From the IMG/VR virus record IMGVR_UViG_3300043470_002422: a stretch of 64,000 nucleotides of DNA. One strand, given 5' to 3'. This document shows positions 27,362 through 35,311 of this stretch, piece by piece (the first letter of the stretch is position 1; every line of letters begins with the position of its first letter). A program made the translations under genes and the position numbers. The notes beneath the pieces are model-generated. The model saw only the letters and a program-made list of their open reading frames with translations. It was not told where the DNA came from and searched no databases. The stretch is from a virus (lineage: Duplodnaviria; Heunggongvirae; Uroviricota; Caudoviricetes).

Positions 27362-27541
27362 TTAAGAAAATGAAAATGAACCCAAAAGAAAAAGAATTGG
27401 AAAATATCCAATCCCAACAAAACCCTTCAAAAGAGGTTAATCCAACCGAGTCTGTAATAATAAAACAGATCGAGGATGATTTTGAATATCAAGAATATTA
27501 TTCAGAAAATTCTCCTAATTTCGACGTAGATTAATCAGGAG

Positions 27542-27556
27542 GACCGTATATTCAAT
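27542..27556 (+). promoter_or_regulatory. Class A variant GACCGTATATTCAAT
   Basis: Upstream of ATG 27572. Confidence 0.5.
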
Positions 27557-27571
27557 AAAATAATAAATATT

Positions 27572-29101
27572 ATGTTTAAATGTAATTCACTATTCTACAC
27601 AGACGGCTACAAAATTGGCCACAAAAGAATGCTAGCACCAGGAACAACTCGTTTATACGGAACCTGGATTCCACGAAGTATTAAACACGCTCCAAAAGGA
27701 GTTAAAAAAATCGTATCGTTTGGCCAGCAACTAGCTGTTAAATGGTTACACGATGAATTCGAAGAAAATTTCTTCAAGCTTCCTTTAGAAGAAGCAATGG
27801 AATTCGGAAATGATATGGCAATGTATCTCGGCCTCGAGTATGATGCTTCTCATTTCGAAGCTCTCCACAAATTAGGTTACTTGCCTATCAAAGTTAAATC
27901 TTTACCAGAAGGTATCGAAACTCTTCCAAATGTTCCACACATGACCTTCATTAATACCGTGGATGGATTTGCTTGGTTAACCCTTTATTTGGAAACCATC
28001 ATCTCTTCATTAGCTTGGAAGCCTTCAACATCAGCTACAATCGCTTTACAGTACAAAAGAAACCTGATCGAATGGGTAAGAAAAACAGACCCTAAAAACA
28101 TCTGGTTAGTTCCTTTCCTAGCTCACGACTTCTCGGCTAGAGGTTTGTCTCCTTGGGACATGTTAGCAAGCGGTTTAGGACACGCTACATCATTCAGAGG
28201 TTCAGACACAATAGTTTGTATCCCAGCAGCTCGATACTTCTACAACGAGCCTAAAAACGAGGTCTGCATCAATTCTGTAAACGCTTCAGAACACTCAGTA
28301 TCTACCACCAAAATTTTCACAGTCGGCGAACAACAAATGATAGCAGACTGGTTAAGAGAATTCGACAAAGGTATCCTTTCAATCGTTTCAGACACATTCG
28401 ATTTATGGACACTAATCACCAAATATTTACCTGCCAACAAAGAGGCTATCATGGCCAGAGACGGTAAATTGGTTATCAGACCTGACTCAGGAGACCCAGT
28501 AGATATTATTTGCGGATTAGAAAATAAAGTTCTTGAGGAAGGAGTGGGATATAAAGAAGAATACAAAGAAAGCCCAGAATACAAAGGAGTTATCGAATTA
28601 CTTTGGGACATCTTCGGAGGTACAATCAACGAAGAAGGTTACAAAGTACTTGATCCTCACATCGGAGCAATCTACGGGGACTCTATTACCTTGGACAGAC
28701 AAATCCAAATCTACGAAAGATTAGCAGCTAAAGGATTTGCAACTACCAATATCGTTTTAGGTATCGGTTCTTACACCTACCAAATGAACACCAGAGACAC
28801 CTTAGGCTTCGCAGCTAAAGGAGCATGGTTCGAAGTAGAAGAAAACGGTACTAAAGTAGGCTACGACATCTACAAAGATCCTATCACAGACGATGGAACT
28901 AAGAAATCCTTAAAAGGACTTATTAGAGTCGATGAAGTTTCAGTAACTTCCGAGGAAACTGGAATTACTTATACTAAGTATGAAGTAAAAACCCAATGTA
29001 CCCCAGAACAAGAAGAAGGAGGCATCTTACAAACCATCTACGAAAATGGTAAATTCTACAATCAAACTACATTAACTGAAGTTAGATCAAAATTAAACTA
29101 A
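27572..29101 (+). CDS. nadV: nicotinamide phosphoribosyltransferase (NAMPT/NadV) family; candidate Namat
   Basis: 509 aa with the N-terminus MFKCNSLFYTDGYKIGH, typical of NAMPT. Confidence 0.7.
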   Translation: MFKCNSLFYTDGYKIGHKRMLAPGTTRLYGTWIPRSIKHAPKGVKKIVSFGQQLAVKWLHDEFEENFFKLPLEEAMEFGNDMAMYLGLEYDASHFEALHKLGYLPIKVKSLPEGIETLPNVPHMTFINTVDGFAWLTLYLETIISSLAWKPSTSATIALQYKRNLIEWVRKTDPKNIWLVPFLAHDFSARGLSPWDMLASGLGHATSFRGSDTIVCIPAARYFYNEPKNEVCINSVNASEHSVSTTKIFTVGEQQMIADWLREFDKGILSIVSDTFDLWTLITKYLPANKEAIMARDGKLVIRPDSGDPVDIICGLENKVLEEGVGYKEEYKESPEYKGVIELLWDIFGGTINEEGYKVLDPHIGAIYGDSITLDRQIQIYERLAAKGFATTNIVLGIGSYTYQMNTRDTLGFAAKGAWFEVEENGTKVGYDIYKDPITDDGTKKSLKGLIRVDEVSVTSEETGITYTKYEVKTQCTPEQEEGGILQTIYENGKFYNQTTLTEVRSKLN

Positions 29102-29112
29102 AAAAATCGGTA

Positions 29113-29135
29113 TCACCGGGGGGTTTCCCCGGTGA
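29113..29135 (+). terminator. Strong GC hairpin (TCACCGGGG / CCCCGGTGA) overlapping the next class A motif
   Basis: 9-bp perfect stem after the NAMPT stop. No T-run, and it merges into GACCGTATATCACC. Confidence 0.4.
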
Positions 29136-29176
29136 CCGTATATCACCAAGAACAATTAATCAATAAAAAATAAAAA

Positions 29177-31099
29177 ATGACAATCCAATTAGCTTTAAGC
29201 TACGCATGGGTATTAATCCCGCTCCTAGCAATTGTGTTTTACAAATTCACATTGCGAGTATTCTTCGGTATGATCATCATCCCGGAAGACAAAATCGGTC
29301 TAGTTACAAAGAAATTCGTTCTCTTTGGTTCTAATAGATCTCTACCAGACGGTAAAATTATCGCACTTAATGGAGAAGCAGGTTTCCAAGCAGATCCATT
29401 AGCTCCTGGTTTGTATTGGTTCTACTGGGTATGGCAGTATTCTGTCGATGAAGCTTCATTAACCGTTATCCCACAAGGAAAAATTGGTCTATTATCAGCT
29501 AAAGACGGTAATCCACTTCCAACCGGTTCGATTTTAGCCCGTCACGTAGAATGTGATAATTATCAGGATACCAGATCTTTCTTAACACAAGGTGGACAAA
29601 GAGGTAAACAGGTAGGTTATCTTAACAACGGTGTATATCGTATTAACACTTTCTTATTTGACATCTCAGTTACTGAAATCACTTATATCGAAGATGGAAT
29701 GGTAGGTGTAGTAACAGCTTTAGATGGTATTCCACTAGGTCCAGGTAGCATTGCAGGTAACCAAATCGAAGGTCACAACAACTTCCAGGACTTTGATAAA
29801 TTCTTAGGAGCCGGCGGTCAAAGGGGTTTACAGACTCAAGTTATCCAGGCAGGTTCTTACTCACTTAACCCTTGGGCAGTAGAGATTGAGAAAAAAGAAA
29901 TGACTCAAATTCCTATCGGTCACGTTGGGGTAGTAATCTCATTCGTTGGAGAAGAAGGAGTAGACACAAGTGGAGAGACCTTCAAACATGGTAATATCGT
30001 TAAGAAGGGTCAAAGAGGGGTATGGGCAACACCATTAGATCCAGGTAAATACGCAATCAACCCTTACACTCAAAAAATCGAGATCGTACCAACCACTAAC
30101 TTGGTTCTTAACTGGGCAAATGCTCGTAACGAATCTCACAATCTGGACAAGAACTTAAGTACAATTACAGTTCGTTCCAAAGACGGTTTTCCATTCAATA
30201 TCGATGTATCTCAGATCATCCACATACCAGCAAATGAAGCACCCAAGGTAATCGCAAGATTTGGATCAATGGCTAACCTAGTATCTCAGGTTCTAGAACC
30301 AACGATCGGTAACTACTTCCGTAACTCTGCACAAGACTCAGATGTTATTGCTTTCTTGGCAACTCGTCAGCAACGTCAAAATGCGGCCAAAGACAATATT
30401 TCTAAAGTATTGGATGAATACAACGTTCATGCAGTAGATACACTAATTGGGGATATCGTTCCCCCTGAATCTCTAATGAAAACCCTAACCGATCGTAAGA
30501 TTGCACAGGAAGAAGAGATAACATTCGAAACTCAACGTAAAGCCCAAGACCAACGTAAGACTTTACAGTCAGCTAAAGCTCTAGCAGATATGCAAGGAGA
30601 GATGGTAAAAGCACAACAGTCAGTTGAAATTGCACAACGTGAAGCAGAAGCAGCAGTTAAGAAATCTGAAGGATCTGCTAAAGCGTTAGAATTAACCGCT
30701 GGTGGTAACGCTAAAGCTCTAGAATTAAAAGCTAATGCAGAAGCTAAAGCTAAGAAAGTAATGGCAGAAGCAGAAGCCCAACAAATCAAATTGACCGGTG
30801 AAGCTCAAGCTTTATCTATCGAGGCAATTGGTAAATCAACAGCCGAGTCTTACAGATTACAAGTAGAAGCAATGGGAGGCGACAACTTTGCTAACTTCAA
30901 AATCACTGAAGCAATCGGAGAAAACAAAATCAAAATTATCCCTGAATTCCTAATCGTAGGAGGTAACGGAGAAGCTAACCCAATGTCAGGACTATTAGGC
31001 CTTGAATTACTTAAAAAGTTCCAAGGTAAAGACCAAGACAATTCGGTTAAAACGATCGAGGTTAAATCAGAGGTTAAAGAAGAACCTAAAAAGAAATAA
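29177..31099 (+). CDS. flotillin-like SPFH/Band-7 membrane protein with three N-terminal ~60-aa repeats and an EA-rich coiled coil
   Basis: N-terminal TM. Repeats of the form G.....G..L..G.I.......NFQD...FL..GGQRG.Q. C-terminal AEAEAKAKK-type repeats. Confidence 0.55.
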   Translation: MTIQLALSYAWVLIPLLAIVFYKFTLRVFFGMIIIPEDKIGLVTKKFVLFGSNRSLPDGKIIALNGEAGFQADPLAPGLYWFYWVWQYSVDEASLTVIPQGKIGLLSAKDGNPLPTGSILARHVECDNYQDTRSFLTQGGQRGKQVGYLNNGVYRINTFLFDISVTEITYIEDGMVGVVTALDGIPLGPGSIAGNQIEGHNNFQDFDKFLGAGGQRGLQTQVIQAGSYSLNPWAVEIEKKEMTQIPIGHVGVVISFVGEEGVDTSGETFKHGNIVKKGQRGVWATPLDPGKYAINPYTQKIEIVPTTNLVLNWANARNESHNLDKNLSTITVRSKDGFPFNIDVSQIIHIPANEAPKVIARFGSMANLVSQVLEPTIGNYFRNSAQDSDVIAFLATRQQRQNAAKDNISKVLDEYNVHAVDTLIGDIVPPESLMKTLTDRKIAQEEEITFETQRKAQDQRKTLQSAKALADMQGEMVKAQQSVEIAQREAEAAVKKSEGSAKALELTAGGNAKALELKANAEAKAKKVMAEAEAQQIKLTGEAQALSIEAIGKSTAESYRLQVEAMGGDNFANFKITEAIGENKIKIIPEFLIVGGNGEANPMSGLLGLELLKKFQGKDQDNSVKTIEVKSEVKEEPKKK

Positions 31100-31114
31100 C
31101 CAAAGCTAACTAAT

Positions 31115-31147
31115 AAAAATCCCAGTAGCAATGCTGGGATTTTTTGT
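31115..31147 (+). terminator. Rho-independent terminator
   Basis: AAAAATCCCAG / CTGGGATTTTT stem followed by a T-run. Confidence 0.65.
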
Positions 31148-31203
31148 TGTGAAACATAGGAGGTAAGACAATCTATAATACTTAAACATTATAAATAAAC
31201 ATT

Positions 31204-31683
31204 ATGGCAAAAGTAATCAAACCAACAGACTCAGATCAAGAAGTAGAATTTTATCCGGCAGTATTTTTAGCAGGATCCATCGAAATGGGAAAAGCTGAAG
31301 ACTGGCAAAAAACAGTTGAGAAAGAATTAGAAAAATTAGACGTTACAATTTTTAATCCTAGAAGAGATGACTGGGATAGCTCATGGACTCAAGAGCAATC
31401 TAATCCACAATTTAATCATCAGGTTAATTGGGAGTTGAACAAATTGGAAAGATGTGATGCCATCTTCATGTACTTCTCTCCAGAAACACAATCTCCAATA
31501 TCTCTACTAGAACTAGGAAGATATTCCACATACGGAAAAATGATTGTTTGTTGTCCTAAAGGATTCTGGAGAAAAGGAAACGTAGATATCCTTTGCACCA
31601 GAGAAAATATTCCAGTATTTGAGGATCTACAATCTGCTATCGGGGCTTTGAAAACTAGAATCAACCAACAAATAATAGATTAA
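31204..31683 (+). CDS. nucleoside 2-deoxyribosyltransferase-like (Nuc_deoxyri_tr2-type) protein
   Basis: VFLAGSIEMG...FNPRRDDW...CDAIFMYF...S.ISLLELG. An AGGAGG Shine-Dalgarno-like sequence lies upstream. Confidence 0.5.
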   Translation: MAKVIKPTDSDQEVEFYPAVFLAGSIEMGKAEDWQKTVEKELEKLDVTIFNPRRDDWDSSWTQEQSNPQFNHQVNWELNKLERCDAIFMYFSPETQSPISLLELGRYSTYGKMIVCCPKGFWRKGNVDILCTRENIPVFEDLQSAIGALKTRINQQIID

Positions 31684-31724
31684 TAGAATTAAATAATCCT
31701 CCTTTGTAAGATCTATTCATTATC

Positions 31725-31739
31725 GACCGTATATTTAAT
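31725..31739 (+). promoter_or_regulatory. Class A variant GACCGTATATTTAAT
   Basis: Upstream of ATG 31753. Confidence 0.5.
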
Positions 31740-31752
31740 AAACAAGAAATAA

Positions 31753-32202
31753 ATGGCAGTAATCGGAATTAATTACGAGGGGGGAAATTACCACGACGAG
31801 GAAGACAATTTAGTTGAAGATGAGATTATTTACGAATTTGTTTATCTTCACACCTCGGAAAAAGAAATGATTTTTAACAGTGGAAATTTTCCCAAGGACT
31901 GGTATGATGCTAAGAAAGCTTTCATAACTTTACAGGAAGAAAATCCAAATGACCCTAATTATTTTCATTTATCTGGATCCTCTACATGCGATCATTTTAT
32001 CATGGATGGTGCAAAATTTGACTCGGCTTACCTGCACGTGGAGGGAGAAACCCCCGTTCTAAAATACTGTATTCCGTATGAGCATCCACCTTCAATCGAG
32101 ACGATGGTCGAAAACAGATCAATTTATGAAGGAGGTTGGGAATTCTTTGTTCCAGAAGGAACTAAACCAACCTGGGAAGAATTAAAAGAATCATTTAAAT
32201 AA
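31753..32202 (+). CDS. hypothetical protein
   Basis: ORF after the motif. Confidence 0.5.
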   Translation: MAVIGINYEGGNYHDEEDNLVEDEIIYEFVYLHTSEKEMIFNSGNFPKDWYDAKKAFITLQEENPNDPNYFHLSGSSTCDHFIMDGAKFDSAYLHVEGETPVLKYCIPYEHPPSIETMVENRSIYEGGWEFFVPEGTKPTWEELKESFK

Positions 32203-32211
32203 AAAATCAGC

Positions 32212-32943
32212 ATGTTTAAATTTTATGAAGTTGGAGGAAAAATAAGAGACGAAATTTTAGAATTATCTTCTAAAGATGTTGATTATGTAGCAGTTCCGAA
32301 AGAAGAATTACTAGATACAGTTGAGAAGGCAGAAGATATGTTCAGCATGTTAGAATCTTTTCTAAGAGTAGAAAAATTTGAGATCTTCTTGGTAACCCCA
32401 GACTGTTTTACAATTAGAGCAAAATTCCCAGCAGGACACAAATACTCAGGGGTTGCAGACTTTGTAATGGCCAGAAAGGAAATTGGTTATATTCCAGGAA
32501 CTAGAACCCCAATTGTTAAGCCGGGAACCCTATTTGACGATCTTCAGAGAAGAGATTTTACCCTAAACGCTTTAGCAAAAGACGAGGACGGAACCATAAT
32601 CGATTTCTTTGGAGGAATAGAGGATCTAAAGAAAAACCGTTTAAAAACTCCACTAGACTGCAAAATAACTTTTGATGACGATCCGCTTAGAATTCTTAGG
32701 GCCATCAGATTTTGTATAACTAAAGGGTTTTGGATTGGACCCTATATGGACGGGGTAATTCAGGATTACGACTACGAAGGAAAAATGGGGGTAGTTTCTA
32801 TGGAGAGAATAAGAGAAGAATTGTTCAAATGTTTCAAACACGATACATTAAAAACCCTCAAAACACTTCACGAATACCCAGCCCTAAGAAACTACATTTT
32901 TGAAAAAAATACACTTTGGTTAAAACCCACAATGGAGCAATAA
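32212..32943 (+). CDS. tRNA nucleotidyltransferase / poly(A) polymerase family head domain (CCA-adding enzyme-like, lacks a C-terminal HD)
   Basis: FYEVGGKIRDEILELSSKDVDYV and RRDFTLNALA are class II nucleotidyltransferase head motifs. Confidence 0.6.
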   Translation: MFKFYEVGGKIRDEILELSSKDVDYVAVPKEELLDTVEKAEDMFSMLESFLRVEKFEIFLVTPDCFTIRAKFPAGHKYSGVADFVMARKEIGYIPGTRTPIVKPGTLFDDLQRRDFTLNALAKDEDGTIIDFFGGIEDLKKNRLKTPLDCKITFDDDPLRILRAIRFCITKGFWIGPYMDGVIQDYDYEGKMGVVSMERIREELFKCFKHDTLKTLKTLHEYPALRNYIFEKNTLWLKPTMEQ

Positions 32944-32948
32944 AATAT

Positions 32949-33635
32949 ATGATTTACGTATCAATAGACATCGAAACTACAGGACTAAATCCTGAAACTT
33001 GCCAAATCCTTTCTATAGGAGCAGTTATAGAGGACACTCAAAAACAATTGGCTTTCGAGGAAATTCCGAAATTCCATTGCGCAATACTGAAAAATGAAAG
33101 GGATATAATCTCCGGTGAGATTTATGCTTTGAATATGAATAGGGATTTGATAGAAAGCATCACCTACTATTCTACAGCTAAAGATCAAGATGAAAAGAAT
33201 GATCTAGTTCATTTTACAGGAATGCAGTTTGTTAGAGAAGAAGATATTGCAGAACATTTTTTCCAATTCCTTTATCGGAACGGATTCAAGCCAAACGAGT
33301 CTGATCTACCCCTGAATAAAAAAATTAAAATAATAAATGGAATATCTTATCCTGTTTTGGATTCTTCTGTAAAGCCAATCACCATAAATGTAGCTGGGAA
33401 AAATTTCTCTGGATTTGATAGAAAATTTCTAGATTTACTTCCTAGATGGAAGCAACTAATCAGAACAAGAAGTAGAGTTATAGATCCAGGTGTATTGTTT
33501 GTAGACTGGGAAAATGATGACGCAGTTCCTTCTTTAGATTCCTGCAAAAAAAGAGCACTAATAGAAGGAGTGGTTACCCATAATGCTTTAGAGGATGCTT
33601 GGGATGTTATTCAAGTCTTAAGAACAAAATACTAA
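32949..33635 (+). CDS. DEDD-family 3'-5' exonuclease (DnaQ/RNase T-like)
   Basis: Exo I motif SIDIETTGL and Exo III motif HNALEDAWD. ATG 32949 is the likely start. Confidence 0.6.
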   Translation: MIYVSIDIETTGLNPETCQILSIGAVIEDTQKQLAFEEIPKFHCAILKNERDIISGEIYALNMNRDLIESITYYSTAKDQDEKNDLVHFTGMQFVREEDIAEHFFQFLYRNGFKPNESDLPLNKKIKIINGISYPVLDSSVKPITINVAGKNFSGFDRKFLDLLPRWKQLIRTRSRVIDPGVLFVDWENDDAVPSLDSCKKRALIEGVVTHNALEDAWDVIQVLRTKY

Positions 33636-34219
33636 TGAAAATAATCTATTTAGACATAGACGGAGTTCTTAATTGTGAAAAAGCATACCGAGATGGATTT
33701 TGCAAATATCAAGAATGGCCAGATACCAAAAGGGAGGATGGTAAAAATTACCACCAGACTTTTTATCCCCCGGCTAAGGACCTTCTAAATAAGCTTATTC
33801 TAGAAACAGGTGCTAAGGTTGTTGTCTCTTCTACCTGGAGACATTCGGGTTTAGAATTTATTAAAAACGTTTGGACTCAAGAGAAAATGGAAGGAGAAAT
33901 CATAGGGATAACCCCTTCCTTTAGAGGAGACATTGAAGGGTATACAATTCCTAGAGGATGTGAGATTGAATATCACCTTGAAAAAGAATTAGGATTTCAT
34001 CACATCAATTGGGACAAAGACACTCAGCAAGAATATATTGACAAATCTAACGTCGATAATTACATTATCATAGACGACGATTCAGATATGTTGTACACGC
34101 AAAGAAATCATTTTGTTCATGTCTTACCTTCTCCTAGGAACAAAGAGGGATTTAACGAAAAATATTTTGAAGAAGCACTAAAAAAATTATCAAAAACAGT
34201 TATAGATTTGAACTACTGA
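33635..34219 (+). CDS. HAD-superfamily phosphatase
   Basis: Motif I YLDIDGVLN, then VVSSTWR and IIIDDDSDM. The TAATG start and stop overlap. Confidence 0.5.
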   Translation: MKIIYLDIDGVLNCEKAYRDGFCKYQEWPDTKREDGKNYHQTFYPPAKDLLNKLILETGAKVVVSSTWRHSGLEFIKNVWTQEKMEGEIIGITPSFRGDIEGYTIPRGCEIEYHLEKELGFHHINWDKDTQQEYIDKSNVDNYIIIDDDSDMLYTQRNHFVHVLPSPRNKEGFNEKYFEEALKKLSKTVIDLNY

Positions 34220-34233
34220 CCGTATATTTAAAT
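34218..34233 (+). promoter_or_regulatory. Class A motif GACCGTATATTTAAAT 15 nt upstream of the tRNA-like gene
   Basis: The same element that precedes protein-coding genes here precedes an RNA gene. Confidence 0.5.
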
Positions 34234-34248
34234 GTAACAAAAACAAAT

Positions 34249-34332
34249 GCTCTGAGAAATTAATTTGACATTGGTAGTCAAGCCAGCTTCTAAACCTGGT
34301 TTTTAGGGGTTCGATACCTCTTCAGAGCACCA
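34249..34332 (+). tRNA. tRNA-like gene with a CUA (amber-reading) anticodon, encoded 3'-CCA and a non-canonical extended acceptor-to-D linker
   Basis: Perfect 7-bp acceptor stem GCUCUGA/UCAGAGC. T-arm AGGGG-UUCGAUA-CCUCU. Anticodon arm CCAGC-UUCUAAA-CCUGG, so the anticodon is CUA. Discriminator A then CCA. There are 9 nt where 2 nt are expected between the acceptor and D stems. Confidence 0.5.
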
Positions 34333-34373
34333 AAGATGAAACTTTTAAAACAAAAAGATATATAATAAACAAT

Positions 34374-34736
34374 ATGAAATAGATTAACAAATTTCAAGAA
34401 ACAAAACTGGTAACTATTACCAGATCCGATATCCATCCAGGATATCAAATTCCTCAAACTGCTCACTCTATCGCAGATTTTGCATACGAGCATCCGGAAG
34501 CATTTAAAGAATGGAAAGAGACATCAAACTCTGTCATCTGCTTATCCGTACCATCAGAGGAAAAACTACTCGACCTTTATTCAAAATTATCAGGACAAAC
34601 TCCGACGACCAAGTTCTTCGAGCCTGACATCAACCAATGGACTTCTATCTGTTTATACGGAAGCCCCGAGGTTAGGAAAAAACTTTCACATTTACCATTA
34701 GCACTTAAAAAAATCGAAGACTATGTTATAGATTAA
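34374..34736 (+). CDS. pth2: peptidyl-tRNA hydrolase PTH2 with an in-frame TAG at codon 3 (needs amber suppression or a non-canonical start)
   Basis: ATG-AAA-TAG, then an open frame to TAA 34736. The translation KLVTITRSDIHPGYQIPQTAHSIADF...PEAFKEW...ICLSVPSEEKLLDLYSKL aligns with human PTRH2 [26 protein letters not shown]...PEMLKQW...VVVKAPDEETLIALLAHA. There is no ATG, GTG or TTG after the TAG. Confidence 0.5.
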
Positions 34737-34755
34737 TAACAAGAAAGAACTACTT

Positions 34756-35307
34756 GTGGCCATGAAATCTTGTCCACAAACAGAAACCCAATCTGTTCTA
34801 GATCACGGATTTTCTGTTAAGAATTACCTATTCGATCTTCTGGATCATTTAGAAAAAGGAACCCCTTTGAAGTTCGAATGGAAACTTCCAGAATGGATCT
34901 ACGAGGAGAAAGAATTTATTCTTAAGACCTTACCCTCAAGACAAACTTTAAAGATATACACGGTGTTTCACGACTGTGGTAAGCCTCAGTGTTTAACCAT
35001 CGACGAGGAGGGCAAAAGACACTTCCCTAATCACGCAGAGGCTTCGTACAATACTTTCATCAATCTCTTTGATGATAATGCAGCAGCGGACTTAATACGC
35101 AGAGATATGGACATTCATTTACTTAAGTCCGAAGGTGTATCTGACTTCTGTAAAAATCCCAATGCAATAGCATCTTTAATTACTGGACTTGCAGAGATTC
35201 ACTCTAACGCTGAAATGTTTGGAGGGATCGAGAGCACTAGCTTTAAGATTAAGTGGAAGTGCATCTCCAAGAGAGGAAAACAAATTATTCAAACCATAAA
35301 AAAATAA
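34756..35307 (+). CDS. HD-domain protein (CCA-enzyme-type HD phosphohydrolase-like)
   Basis: VLDHGFSV...FHDCGKP...FPNHAE. Confidence 0.5.
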   Translation: MAMKSCPQTETQSVLDHGFSVKNYLFDLLDHLEKGTPLKFEWKLPEWIYEEKEFILKTLPSRQTLKIYTVFHDCGKPQCLTIDEEGKRHFPNHAEASYNTFINLFDDNAAADLIRRDMDIHLLKSEGVSDFCKNPNAIASLITGLAEIHSNAEMFGGIESTSFKIKWKCISKRGKQIIQTIKK

Positions 35308-35311
35308 AAAA

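Noticed and set aside
31155-31203. AGGAGG upstream of 31204, as evidence for general Shine-Dalgarno use.
   Set aside because: This is an isolated case. Nearly all other genes have no SD-like sequence and start just after a promoter motif, as is typical of Bacteroidota and their phages.
34249-34332. The alternative reading of the tRNA-like anticodon as UCU (Arg), using a 4-bp CCAG/CUGG stem with a 9-nt loop.
   Set aside because: Both the 7-nt-loop fold (with a C-C mismatch at the 31:39 position) and the 9-nt-loop fold place CUA at the centre of the loop. UCU would require an off-centre anticodon. The ambiguity is kept as a caveat.
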